Part shown: positions 44,534-56,453 of the stretch, in pieces
Position numbering within the stretch: position 1 is the first letter of the stretch
Layout of the letters: every line of letters begins with the position of its first letter
NCBI GenBank assembly: GCA_000004985.1
Contig: GG738866.1
Strand: one strand, 5' to 3'
Length of the DNA: 64,000 nt
DNA from: Naegleria gruberi
Lineage: Eukaryota
The notes under the pieces: model-generated
Seen by the model: the letters and a program-made list of their open reading frames with translations, nothing else
Told to the model about the DNA's origin: nothing
Databases searched by the model: none
Program-made: the position numbers and the translations under genes

Positions 44534-46272
44534 TTAGTGAGTCAATTGGATACAGGTGGTGTCTGGATTGGAGACGAGGGATGGTATGATGAGTTGATGA
44601 ATCATTTTTAGTGTGGTCTTGTCTGTTTCGATGGTGTGAGAGGATTCCTTGACCATTTCAAAGATTTCCTCTGGATTGAGATGGGAAAAGTAATTGGGAA
44701 TGGAGAGGGATTTGATAGATGTGTTTGGGTTTCCCTTCTCATAGACTTGGACTTGTAGTGTGTAGGTTAAATCAATTTCAAATTCAACTTCAAAGGATGA
44801 TTCGTTATGAATAGGAATTTCAATTGAACCAACTGATTTGTCATGTTTGGAAATGAGTCGTTCTCCTTCCAGAATATTGATAAGTATTTTCTTTTGTTTT
44901 TCAGCACATACTGCAATGGAAACTCTCTTCTTACATGGAATGAATGCATTTCTCTCGATAATTGACTTCATCACACAACCAAATATTTCAATTCCAACAG
45001 AGACTGGATTGATATCTACTGAGGCTTCTTTTTTGGAGAGTGTGGAAAGGTCTCTCTCTGATCCACTCAGAGCAGAACCATATGCAATAACGTGTTCTGG
45101 AGGGATTGAGTTTAGAATAAAATGTGAATTCAATTCACAATTTTCTGCAAAGTAATTTCTCAATAATTCTTGCAACTTGGGTATTGAGAATGATCCTCCC
45201 AACAGCACAATATTTCTAATATCTGATTTGGTAATTTTTGCCTGTTCCATTAATCCTTCCATTGATTTAATACAAGATTCAAAGAGATCCATACTGAGCT
45301 CTTCAAATTTTGATCTATTCAATTTCAATTCGTAAATTTGTTGATCATTTCCTTTCACTGTTATGATTGCCTCATTTTCTGTAGATAATTTAATCTTGGC
45401 TTTTTCACATTCACTTTTCAAAAATCTCAGTCTCATTGGGTTTTCTCTAATGTCTAAATTATACTTTTCCATAAATTCGTTACAACAGTACTTTACAATT
45501 CTATTATCAAAATCATCACCTCCCTAAATTGAAGTTAAAGAGATTATTCAAAGCTCTAAAAACATACCAAATAGACATCTCCATCATGTTCCTTCAATGT
45601 CACATTTCCATCCTTATCAATAAATTCAATACTCAACAAAAATGATGTTCCACCCATACTGAGTGTCATTACATATTCATTTCTCAAACTCTTCTCCAAT
45701 CCATAGGCATAGCAAGCACATTGAGATTCTCTACAAATATCCAATACTGTTAAATTATTAAATTCACATGATTCCTTCAGTGCTTCCTTCTGCTCATCAT
45801 TGAAATAATTTGGAACACTAAGCATTATTATAATATCGAGAGGAGTTTCACATTCTTCCATTCCATAAAACATGTAAACCAACTGTTTCACATATCCAAA
45901 TACAAATGAAGCAACCAACTCTGGTGCAAACATGTCCATTCTACTTTCCACCTTCAAATATGTATCATTATTGGGACCCTCCACAACTCGGAATGGATAA
46001 AAATTGATGTTATTTTGCAAGAGTTCATCATTAAACTTTCTTCCGATAATCTTTTTCACATCAAATACTGTGCACTGTGGAAATGTTATTAATTTTGATG
46101 AATTTCCAATCAGAGGAGCTTCAGCATCCTCTCCAAGGAATGAAACTCTGTTCGGGCTCGTTAAAAATCCATACTCATTCGGAATTATTTTGATTTGATT
46201 TTCTTGATGAGTGGCAATGCAAATATTCGTCGTTCCAAAGTGCAAGCCGATCACTATTGGTTGTTGTGCCAT
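44534..46272 (-). CDS. Divergent Hsp70-family protein lacking the C-terminal lid. Exons: 46272..45568 and 45523..44534.
   Basis: ATG at 46272. It has the NBD motifs IGLHFGTTNICIA (like IGIDLGTTNS), VFDVKKIIGRKF (like VFDAKRLIGRKF) and SVPNYFNDEQKEALKES (like VPAYFNDSQRQATKDA). A 44-nt GTATGT...TTTAG intron (45524..45567) restores ...DGDVYL|GGDDFDNRIV, matching GGEDFDNR. The SBD-beta region is DINPVSVGIEIFGCVMKSIIERNAFIP (like DVTPLSLGIETAGGVMT..I.RNTTIP). The protein ends after the beta-sandwich. Confidence 0.75.
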
Positions 46273-46397
46273 TTTTTTCTTTTCTATTGTAAAGATTCAA
46301 TTCAGATTGTTAAGTTTTTACAAGTTTATTTTGTGAGTTCTATTTACAAATTTTCAAAAAGTTATTGATAAGGAATGGTTTCAAAATTGTTTTAAGG

Positions 46398-48489
46398 TTA
46401 TTGTTGGTTTTGATCTTCGTGAGCAGAGTCGTGATGATCATCATCAACCAAGACGTCCATGACTTCTTCAACGTCATTGACTTGTTCTTCAGTGATAACC
46501 ATCTGCCTTTCAGCCAAGTTTCTATAGATACCGTTTGGAATCTTGATGAGTTCACTATGTTTGCCCTTTTCTTTCATGACACCCTTGACCAAGACACAAA
46601 TAACATCTGAATTAATAACAGTTGTCAATCTGTGAGCAATACAAATAGTAGTTCTACCCTTCATCAATTGATCCAAAGCAGCTTGAACCAAACTTTCAGA
46701 TTCAGTATCGAGAGCAGAAGTAGCTTCATCCAAAAGTAAAATCTTTGGATTTTGCAATAAAGCTCTAGCAATAGCAATTCTTTGCTTTTGACCACCAGAT
46801 AAAGAAACACCCTTTTCACCAAGTTGAGTTTCATACTTTTCAGGTAAATCCATAATAAAGTTGTGGGCATTGGCTTGTTTAGCACAATTTTCAATTTGTT
46901 CTTGTGTACAATTTTCTAAACCAAGTGAGTAGGCAATATTATACCTAATAGATCCAGCAAAGAGAACAGGTTCTTGTCCTACAATACCAATAACTTTGTG
47001 CAAATACATTGGATCAATAGTTTCCAAATCAACTCCATCCAAATAAATCTTTCCCTTAACTGGCCTGTAGAATCTTTCCAACAAACCAACAATTGTTGAT
47101 TTACCAGAACCAGATGGACCAACCAAAGCAATTGTTTGACCCTTTTTGATATCCAAACTAAAGTCCTTCATAACAAGAGTGTTTGGTCTGGAAGGATAAG
47201 CAAAATCAACATTGTCAATTACAATGTTACCTTCAATATTTTCTGGTTGAACACCTCCCATGAATGGAATATCTGGCTTTCTCAAAACAACCTTCAAAAA
47301 GGTAGTTTCAGAAACGAAAGCTTTACCATAATGAGGATAGAAAGTTGCTGATCTAGTCAAACTGATAACACCCAAATAGAGCATACCGAAAACTTTGAAA
47401 ATTTGTCCAAGAGTCGACTTTCCTTCAGCCACCTCATCACCACCATACCAAAAGGCCAAAGCAATAGTTCCATAAGTAACCATAGCAGCCCAACCATAAG
47501 CGAAAGAGTGAGCCATTCCCTTGTAAATACCATTTTTGTTAATCTTGAATAAATCCAATTTAAATCTCTCAACTTCCTTTAATTCTCCAGCCATTGAACG
47601 AATTGTCTTGATACAACCTTGTTTTGGTAATTTAATGTTACTAAATATTGAATTTTAAGAAAATACTTACCTGTAATTTCATTGGAAACAGCAGCAGAGT
47701 TTTCAGTTAATCTGTTAATTCTTCTTGTAATGATTGTAGAGATGGTGGACATGAGCATATAGTTGATAAAAGTTAATGGAGATGTACTAACTAGAATCAA
47801 TGCCATTCTCCAATTGACACACATTGCCAAAATGAAACCAACAATAAATTGAATAATTTCTTGTAGGTAGAGAAACAATTCGTTGGTGTAAACATCTTGA
47901 ATTTTTGGAATATCTTCAGACAAGACAACAGTCAAAGCACCCAATTTCTTAATATCAAAGAAACTCATTTCTTGTTTGGCAAGGGATTTCATATAGGCTT
48001 CTCTGAGAGCTGTACCTAAACGAGCATTACTCAATTGCAAGAAGAAATGTTGCATAGCAAAGGCAACCATACCACAAAATGTAATAATTGTCAACTTGAT
48101 AGCTGTTTGAGCAACAGCATCTTTCAATTGATCAACAGTTGCAGTTGCAGCGTTAAGGAAAAAGGCATCGATCAAATCACCCAAAATCCATTGACAACTG
48201 AAAATGTTATTCAGATTATTTACATTCATAAGAAAACTTACATGACAGGAATTAAACCATAAGCCATACATCCAATAGCTCCAATTGCCACTAGAATCAG
48301 ATTCCACCCAAAGATTTGAATAATCTTGAAATGGTGATAAAACTTAATGTCGGGTTCTCTATCATCTTTGATTGCAACTTCATTCTCTTTCTTTGCTTTC
48401 TTATTCTTTCTTCTAAAGACGTGTCTTTCCTCAATTGATTGTTTGGTGTCAACACCAGTTTCTTGTTGTAATTGTACTTCAGTAGGCAT
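46398..48489 (-). CDS. ABCB-type half transporter (TMD-NBD). Exons: 48489..48242, 48197..47671, 47617..46398.
   Basis: ATG at 48489. A 44-nt intron (48198..48241) has its GTAAGT overlapping the apparent stop. A 53-nt intron (47618..47670) follows. Together they join three ORFs into 664 codons. Motifs: Walker A GPSGSGKST, Q-loop VGQEP, signature LSGGQKQRIAIARAL, Walker B ILLLDEATSALD, H-loop AHRL. Six predicted TM helices lie upstream. Confidence 0.85.
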
Positions 48490-49500
48490 ATTGATGTAAT
48501 GTTAATTTTTTTGAATTGTTTTCTCTAATTCATTCAAACATTAGCTATTTATATGATTAGTCTGTGATGATCTCATATTTCGTTGCTGATTTCTCTAACT
48601 TGTAGCCACAGTGGTGGATTCTTTCGTTATTCATAATTTTGGAACAGATTACAAATTGAATAATACTCCTCAATCGGATTCCATCCTTGTTGTTCCCTCA
48701 AATATTTTCAACTTAGTCCTGCTGTTAATCAGTACATTTATCACTCGGGGAATTGTCATCATATTGACATCCGAATTCGGAACAATGATAAAAAGAATAT
48801 TCGAAACATATGATGGACTTTTTCAATTGCCACGACGTTGAAATAATCTCCATCCTTAATGTCATTGTGTCATTTAGTATGGATTATTTGGAGAAATGAT
48901 GATTCTTATTGTCTCAATTTAACATTTCTTCAAAATACTCAAATATTATAAAAATAGATGATATGCTGTATGCTTCTAGAAGATTATCAATTCCGAACAC
49001 TTGGTGATGGTAATTTCCTCTAAATTGTTATATTCCGGTAAATTATCATCACATCTAAATATTGTTTTGTTCCTCCATCATGGAACGTTATTTAAATAGC
49101 AGAGAATAATTAAAAAGAAATTATGCTTGCTTTATCCACCAATAATAACATAACTCTCAGTTAATATTATTTTAAATCCTATATGATTGGTAGTATACTG
49201 TAATTGAGTAATGTTACCTTTGAACATCAGTTCTATTTTATTTAAGAGGTTTTCTCAGCTAGCCGAGTGCATCTACTTTTAAGGACCCAAAATATTCATC
49301 TCCGGTTCCGATTTTATTTAATTAAAAAGATTATTAATCATATTCTCATATTATAAAAAATAAGCCTACACCTACTCTTCCGCTTTGTTGTGCGATATAA
49401 AGATTTTTCATCATCAACACACCACCATTTGGAGAGTTAATAATAACAAAACACAATATAACAACATTATTTATTTTAAGCTTTAAATTCCTTTACGAAA

Positions 49501-50505
49501 ATGTCTTCAATTCGTCCACTTGATAATCTTACTCTTTCCCAAATTGTTGCCTCCCTTTCTTCCCGTCAAATTATTTCATTGAACAAGACTCTTTCTTTGA
49601 AGGAAGCATTGTTAGTCCTTGCCAGTAATCATATTCTTAGTGCTCCTGTTTATGATGAACAAACAAATTCATGTATTGGACTTATTGATGTTTTGGATTG
49701 TGCAACATTTACAAGTCAAACATATTTCAACAATACTGACCAGTCACAATTCAAGAATTATTTATTACAATTTTCTTTCGATGTTGAAGAAGTTGGATCA
49801 GTTATGAGTAAGTGTGTTGATAATGTTTATATGGAAAATTAACATTTTAAAGACATGTCTGGTAAAAATCCATACATTCCAATGAACAGCTCCGATTCCT
49901 TCATGAAATTGTTGGCTGAATTTGCTAATGGAATTCACCGTATTCCAATCTTGGAAAATAACAAGGTTGTTGCTGTCTGTTCACAAATGACTCTCTTCCA
50001 ATATTTATTCAAGCTCGATTTGGGTGATAATTCTGCATTGTTTGATGAATTCAAGTCAATGTCTTTGAAAACTGTTCTCTCCTCAAAGCCATTCTCTCAA
50101 GTTATTAATGTTAAAGAATCACAATTGGCCATTGATGCTATCAAGGTTATTAGTGATAAGGGATTGAGTGCTGTTGGTGTTTTGAGTGATAAGGATGATA
50201 AATTAATTGGATGTCTCAGTGCCAGTGATTTGCAAGGTTTCATTGATGAAGATTATCACCATTTGGCTTCTCCTGTTCTTGAATTCCAAAGAATGTCAAG
50301 AGAAAAGAATGGTTCAACATCAGCTCCTTCACTTGTATTTTGTAAAATTGAAAATCACACAATTGGTGACATGATTCAACGTTTATTGCAAGATAGAGTT
50401 CACCGTATTTTCATTATGAATGACGATATGGAAGTTATGGGACTCTTATCTTTAACAGATATTTTCCGTCTTGTTTATGACTATTTGCAACAAAAATTAC
50501 AATAA
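49501..50505 (+). CDS. CBS-pair (4 x CBS) protein, AMPK-gamma/SDS23-like. Exons: 49501..49807, 49853..50505.
   Basis: ATG at 49501. A 45-nt GTAAGT...TAAAG intron (49808..49852) in phase 1 joins the two ORFs, giving 319 aa. CBS-like hydrophobic/Gly patterns include ILSAPVYDEQTNSCIGLIDVLD, HRIPILENNKVVAVCSQMTLFQYL, LSAVGVLSDKDDKLIGCLSASDL and HRIFIMNDDMEVMGLLSLTDIF. The specific subfamily is uncertain. Confidence 0.65.
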
Positions 50506-50567
50506 ATTTATTGAAAAAGAGTCAAAATTGTTATTTCTTGTTTTTCTTATTTTACATTTTCAGGTGT

Positions 50568-51188
50568 TTACATTAATAAACAACAACCATTTTCAGATGA
50601 AGCAGCTGAATAGAAAGCTCTACTACTCATTGATAAGTCGTCACTCATATTTACAAGGTCATTTAATTCTCCTTCTCTTTCTACCATCTTTTCCAATACT
50701 TGATTCATGATAGTTTTTGTATCATCCAAATCAGTTATTACTTTTAATAGTTCATCAGCAGATTTAGGATCTTGATATTTTTGTAAGTAATCATTAATTG
50801 ATTCTAATTGCAATCCATAGTCTTCGATTTGATTTGTATTTAATGTATATGTTGACTTTGGATATTTCTTTTCATACTCAACAAGTACTTTATAGAGTAA
50901 TGAAAAAGCAACTCTAGCTGGATAATCACTATCCGTAACAATAACAGCACTTAATTGACTATCCACTCTTGTTTGTACATAACAAGTGTATTCATCCTTG
51001 ACAATTTGTTGTCTTGTTCCTGGAGGATTTTTATCCGATAATAATCTAGTAATAAATACAACATATTCACGAACAGTACCACGTTGAAAGAATCCGAATG
51101 AAGATAATTCATCATAGCCGGCCAAAATAACTGATTTGCTATTTGCTGTTGTTGGCTTGTAGAGAACGTGAATGGCCAATAATTTCAT
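50568..51188 (-). CDS. ykt6: R-SNARE Ykt6: longin domain, SNARE motif and C-terminal CCLLM lipidation box.
   Basis: ATG at 51188. MKLLAIHVLYK...FFQRGTVREYVVF...DSDYPARVAFSLLYKVL aligns along the whole length with Ykt6 (MKLYSLSVLYK...FFQRSSVQEFMTF...DNEYPSRVAFTLLEKVL). The arginine of the SNARE motif is in the RAF context, and the CCLLM terminus corresponds to the palmitoyl/farnesyl CCAIM box. Confidence 0.85.
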   Translation of the reverse strand: MKLLAIHVLYKPTTANSKSVILAGYDELSSFGFFQRGTVREYVVFITRLLSDKNPPGTRQQIVKDEYTCYVQTRVDSQLSAVIVTDSDYPARVAFSLLYKVLVEYEKKYPKSTYTLNTNQIEDYGLQLESINDYLQKYQDPKSADELLKVITDLDDTKTIMNQVLEKMVEREGELNDLVNMSDDLSMSSRAFYSAASSENGCCLLM

Positions 51189-51771
51189 TTTTTATTATTA
51201 GAGTTTTAAATTAATTGAATACCGACAGCATCATCATGCTACAACAATACATATTCTAAGTTTATGTTTGCCTCAAATGGAAAGGACTTGTCTTTCCAAT
51301 AATTAATATCTTTCTTCATCATCATCATGATTATCAATATGAATTAATCTCAAATAATATTTCAATTTCACCCTTAACAAAGAATTCTTACTCAAAGCTA
51401 ACAAGCATTAGAGTTTGAATATCCACATAATAATAATAATTCTCAATACCTCACATTAATCTCTAATGTGAATGCAACTTTCATGTTTGCATCTCATCTC
51501 AATCCAAAAAAATCACTGACGATAAACTATTCAGGAATTTCTAAATCAAAAAAAAAGGCCTCACTTCCTTCACCATCAAACCACATACAGAGAAAATTTA
51601 CAGTAATTTTTAAGGATATTAGGTTGAACCATTCTTGATCGGGCACTTCTTAAGGAAACTCTGAGAGTATATCATTGTGAATTATTGAAGATTGTTTAAA
51701 TTATTAACTACATCCCGAAGAAGGAGTGCAGAAATTGTATCATATTGTATAGATAGCTAAATATAAGAAGG

Positions 51772-53970
51772 ATGAGGAATTTTCGACAATACAAATCATC
51801 GACTGTACAGGTATCTCCACGAAATGGTGGGTACGTTCATCATCCTCATCCTCCATCAACAGTGAAACATTCAGCTGCTGATGGAATGAATGCATCTCCC
51901 AACAAGGGAGAGAAAAAGACATTTTCTGAAACAATGAGTGACAACTCTTCACAGCCCAACACTAGTGCTGTTGAACCATTGTGGCTGTATGGATATGCAT
52001 ACTTTTCATTGGATAAAACTATATGGGGATTGTTATTGGATTTGGAGAAAAAGTTTGATGCTGGTCAAATTGACAAGATTCAATCACTTCCTTCACCTTC
52101 ATCCTCTCTTAATAGTGGTACTTTCACTTTTCAACCTCCAAAACCAAGTGTGAGGATAAAACAATTGAAACCAACAAATATTGAGCTTCTGAATCAATCA
52201 TTTATGGATTATTCTAATGCCAACTTTAAAGAGTGTTTGAAGAGTATTCAAATTTTGATAGAACGAAAGATTTCCATGTTTACCGACACAACAGAGGACA
52301 GATATGAACTGAATTTATCTTTATCTCTATTTTCAATTATCATTCTGAATTATTCAACTGTTTTGTCAACTCAATACCAGAGCTTTCACAACAGCATGGA
52401 ACTATTGAAAGTAGGAGAAATGATGCTGAAACACTTCAAGAGCGACCAATTGAAAGATTATTTCACATCTCTATTCAGCAGTGCCATGTGTAATTATTAC
52501 AAAAAAAGAAAAAAATATAACATGATGTACAAATATTCCAAACAAGCCTATGAAATGTACAGTCAAACAGGAACAAGCATTTATGCTCAATATATTTTGC
52601 AAACGTATGCCACTAGTTGTCTCTTTCGCAAGAAGTATGAGGAAGCAATTGAGTGCTTTGAAAATAACATTTTTTTGTACAAAAACCAAATTCCAAGCAC
52701 TTCTGTACAAACAAGCTTGCTAGATTATTTCAATAGAATTTTGACATTCATTTGTGACAATGAGTATTTCATAATTATTAATAAGTGCTTTAATACCTTC
52801 AATTATGGTGTGGCACTATTTGAGACGAAACAGATGGTTCCTAGTCGATACTACCTCTTTCAAGCTATTGATATAATGAATCACCACCTCAGTTCCCACC
52901 ACGATATAATTATAGAGAAACGATGGCTCAAGTCCATGATTAAGGTGTATAGAATTGTGACCTCTATTTGTGAAAACCAACCATACAATGATTGCAACAT
53001 TTCCATGCATGCAATTTTTAATAAGGGAAAACCAATGGTGGATCCACTCGAGCCAGCATTTAAAAACGAAAGGTACTATATTACCACACTGAACAAGGCA
53101 ATACACTATGTCATTCTAGAAAATGAAAGACAAGAAGTTATGGCAAGAGCAGAGATTGACGCCGAGGAATATAGGAGAGTGAAGAAACTGGTTAGCATAC
53201 TCCCCCTTTTGAAAGTGGATCCATATTTTGGTAAAATTATGAGCATTGAAAAATCAGTTAAGGAGAAGAAGCAAAACATTCCACAGGCCATGTCCTTTGC
53301 TAAGAAAGCACTCAAATCTTCGAAAATATTTCTCACTCCTCTAAAAAGACCTGAAGAAACAACATTGGATGAAAGTAATAATATCCTCAATAATTCATTT
53401 CTACTCGATGATTATGGAGATATTTCAAAGACACCTTCAGAATCACCAAGATCTGCTATCATTAAGCTTTCCCCACTCAATTTCTCGAGACAAGGATCGA
53501 TTGCTAATAGCGAAAGATATAATGTTACACTTTCTAGCAGTGCACTGAGTGATTTTGAAAGTGAACCAACAGAATTGGAACCAAATAGTGAACTATTGAG
53601 AGAAGAGTGTATTTCTCCATCCTCAAAAAAGAACCCAGGTTCTCTCCAAAATGCAAGAAAGGTTGCGGCTGCCATTACTATTCAATTGATGGTAAGAAAG
53701 TTCCTTGCTAGACAAAGATACAAGAGAAAGATGATGGAATGTCATAACAGGTTAATTGAAGAACTCAATAAGGAAAGAGAAGAGTACGCCTCAATGCTTG
53801 AAGATATGAAGATTGAAGTTCAGAATCAAGCAGCAACAAAGATTCAATCAATGATAAGGAGTTTTCTAGCTCTCAAACAAGTTGAAAAAAAGAAGACTCA
53901 GTTCAAGGAGCAATTACTGATGGAGATTGAAGAGGAAAAGCAACAATACTCGAGTATGATCTGCTGTTAA
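51772..53970 (+). CDS. Protein with a helical repeat middle region and two C-terminal IQ motifs.
   Basis: ATG at 51772. The IQ motifs are AAAITIQLMVRKFLARQRYKRK and ATKIQSMIRSFLALKQVEKKK, separated by coiled coil. The central approximately 350 aa is helical and TPR-like (weak). No confident family assignment. Confidence 0.5.
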   Translation: MRNFRQYKSSTVQVSPRNGGYVHHPHPPSTVKHSAADGMNASPNKGEKKTFSETMSDNSSQPNTSAVEPLWLYGYAYFSLDKTIWGLLLDLEKKFDAGQIDKIQSLPSPSSSLNSGTFTFQPPKPSVRIKQLKPTNIELLNQSFMDYSNANFKECLKSIQILIERKISMFTDTTEDRYELNLSLSLFSIIILNYSTVLSTQYQSFHNSMELLKVGEMMLKHFKSDQLKDYFTSLFSSAMCNYYKKRKKYNMMYKYSKQAYEMYSQTGTSIYAQYILQTYATSCLFRKKYEEAIECFENNIFLYKNQIPSTSVQTSLLDYFNRILTFICDNEYFIIINKCFNTFNYGVALFETKQMVPSRYYLFQAIDIMNHHLSSHHDIIIEKRWLKSMIKVYRIVTSICENQPYNDCNISMHAIFNKGKPMVDPLEPAFKNERYYITTLNKAIHYVILENERQEVMARAEIDAEEYRRVKKLVSILPLLKVDPYFGKIMSIEKSVKEKKQNIPQAMSFAKKALKSSKIFLTPLKRPEETTLDESNNILNNSFLLDDYGDISKTPSESPRSAIIKLSPLNFSRQGSIANSERYNVTLSSSALSDFESEPTELEPNSELLREECISPSSKKNPGSLQNARKVAAAITIQLMVRKFLARQRYKRKMMECHNRLIEELNKEREEYASMLEDMKIEVQNQAATKIQSMIRSFLALKQVEKKKTQFKEQLLMEIEEEKQQYSSMICC

Positions 53971-54015
53971 TTGTATTAATTGAAGATATAGCTGTAATAT
54001 AATGGCGTTGATTGG

Positions 54016-55546
54016 TTAACACTTGGTATTTATTTGAATATCTGAAAAGTTGTTATTGCCAAGCTTTTGATAAATGGTATGACAAAACTTTTCTAAAATA
54101 ATGTACATAAACTGATGACCGCTAAATAAACGTAGTTTTGAAGTGAAACAACCACATTCACATGAGTGATCATGTTTTGGTTTTCTTACCTCATTGAAAT
54201 CATATCCTTGCTTGGGAATGACTCTGTTTTGATTATATTCCCATGCTGACTCAATTATTCCCTCTGGATTGAGAATATTCACAAATACAGAGGTTTCATT
54301 TTGGGTGAGTAGAACAGTTCTTGAATTGGAGAGTGTGGAAACTGATGCTATTTTGACATTTGGTGAAATTCTACGTACGATTGGTTCTTTACACTTTGCA
54401 CTGGTTATGAGAATCTCAAGTTTGTCCATTGATACCATTACAGTATGATCCTTACCACACTGCACATCAGAAAATGTTCCATTAATCAAGAATGGTTCAG
54501 AAATTTTGTTAATGTTGAAAGAGGCACAACATTGATTCTTCTGGTTCGATCCAAATATGAAGAGCTTTCCATTTTCTAATAAAACAGCACTATGATTACT
54601 TCCACAATCAATCTTCTTGATTGGCTCTTCAAATTTCTTAATTTCCTGAGGTGAGTTCACACAACCTTGCAGCTTACTCAATTGACCCATTGAACTATCT
54701 CCACACCCAAAAAGATAAAACTCCTTTCTACCTTCATTATTATACTTTTCAACAATGAACAGTGAATGATTCATTCCAGTTGCAATATCCACCACTCTAA
54801 ATGTCTTGTTTGGAACATGATAAAGTATTGAATTTCTATTTCCACCAAAGAAACAACTAATTGGATAGCAAACATTAGTCGACATGAAAGATCCAATACC
54901 CAGTTGACCACAGTGATTAACATTTGAACAGGAATACAATCTTCCTTCCCTTGTTAAAAAGATGGAATGATTAAACTTTGAAGAAACCTTCACAATCTCA
55001 TCTCTCAAAGATGATTTTGTAAACTTGTTAACTTCTGACAAGTAAAATTGATCCAGAGCTAACTGACAATAACTATTATCCCCAATTGACAAAACCCTTC
55101 CATTTTCCAATAGCATGATTGCATGTCTCTCCCCACAAGCCATCTCACTCACTCTCGACTCATTTCTACTCAATAATTCTTCAACACTACACAATGGAAA
55201 TAACTCTTCATAATTTCCCCTATTCTTTACTGCCAATTGATCTGTGATTAAATTTCACATCCACACCCACACACACGAACCAAAATTCAATATAATTCAA
55301 TATTATTAAGATAAGACGATGATTATGATTGTAAAAAAACTCACACTTGGAATTATCACCACATCCCAACACAATTGTTGAATAACTCTCAAAGTGATTT
55401 CGTGCTGCCCTTCTTCCTCTCCTCTCATCCAAAGTAAGCAAACAACTCTGTTGATTCATCCATGGTGATAATGATGATGATGATGATGATGAAGGAACAT
55501 TACAATGACTCTCATGTGCAATTCTTCCATCATCTCTCTCCAGCAT
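54016..55546 (-). CDS. RCC1-repeat protein. Exons: 55546..55345 and 55241..54016.
   Basis: Position 55552 is GTG; the first ATG is at 55546-55544 (MLERDDG...poly-Ser...). A GTGAGT donor at 55344 and a CACAG acceptor at 55242 give a 103-nt intron in phase 1. This joins ...IVLGCGDNSK|YQLAVKNRG... The sequence carries RCC1 blade signatures (GCGDNSKYQLA, SIGDNSYCQLAL, HCGQLGIG, GCGDSSMGQLS, FGSNQKNQC). Confidence 0.65.
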
Positions 55547-56134
55547 ACTCACAAAAATTCGTGTCGTTATGTTTTTTTAAACTTTTCCGTAATAATCCCA
55601 ACTCTCTTACTGCAATTGTACTGTTGAGTTGTTTGAGATGCTGATTTGAAAAACTACTATGGCTGATAGAGTTCGCAACCAGAGGAAGATTGGGTAAATG
55701 GTAGAGTGAGCGACAAGTTGTGAATTTTCAAAATTGTTGGAATTTTTAACTGTGAAATTTGGCGAATTTGCTGAAAATGGAGCGATTTGGGATAATTGAA
55801 AGAACAATTTTCAGAAAAATTTACTAATTGAATGGTTGTATTGTAATAAGGTGAGTGGTGAACCTTTGGTTTGGTATTTGAATTCAAAAGGTCAACAATG
55901 GAAAATGAGATTATTTTAGATCTTGGTTGTATATTGAAATTTATTGTAAAGTGAGCACACACCAATCAACCTTTCTGACCTGCCATTACAAAATCAATTC
56001 ACTGTCCATATGAACTCTTTCCTTATCAAAAGTTCAAGTTTTCTAAGAAAACAACAACAATAAGAATTTCAAAGTTCATTCCTCAATCTTTGAAAAAATC
56101 ATCATCAATAATAACAACAATTGCCCATCAAGAC

Positions 56135-56404
56135 ATGACAATAGAACAAAAGAAGATACTTTTATTTGCCAACTCATCAAAGAGACAAAAGTATTTGAAC
56201 AAGTTTTATACGGAGAGGAATATTGCCATTCCAACATGTCCCAAATGTTCATCGAAAGAATTTATCATTCCGTGCTTGAGAGGAGAACCAAATGATGAAA
56301 TGTTTAAAGCTGCCAGTGAAGGATATGTATATTTGAGTGGTTGTTGTCGATCGGCTCGAGGATATTGTGTTGCATGTAAGGAATTAATTGACGTTACAGA
56401 ATAA
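56135..56404 (+). CDS. Small Cys-rich zinc-ribbon-like protein (CPKC...CVAC).
   Basis: The ORF call starts at a TTG at 56090; the first ATG is 56135 (MTIEQKK...). Two CxxC pairs lie about 43 aa apart, with extra Cys (CPKCSSKEFIIPC ... GCCRSARGYCVAC). This is compatible with a Yippee/Mss4-like or other zinc-ribbon fold. Function unknown. Confidence 0.4.
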   Translation: MTIEQKKILLFANSSKRQKYLNKFYTERNIAIPTCPKCSSKEFIIPCLRGEPNDEMFKAASEGYVYLSGCCRSARGYCVACKELIDVTE

Positions 56405-56453
56405 AAAGAAGCAAGAAAATAATAATTGATGAAGAAAATAAAAAAGTATTGAG

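Noticed and set aside
48490-49500. ORF 48611..48841 in the 1-kb divergent promoter gap between the ABC transporter and the CBS gene.
   Set aside because: It is a short hydrophobic, low-complexity peptide with no supporting splice or motif evidence. It is more likely promoter DNA.
5292-56092. ORF-track start codons at 5292, 8104, 29637, 54016/55236, 55552 and 56090.
   Set aside because: On inspection these are GTG or TTG triplets reported as M by the ORF caller. I moved the starts to the first in-frame ATG (5322, 8146, 55546, 56135) or treated them as internal exon sequence (29637, 55236).
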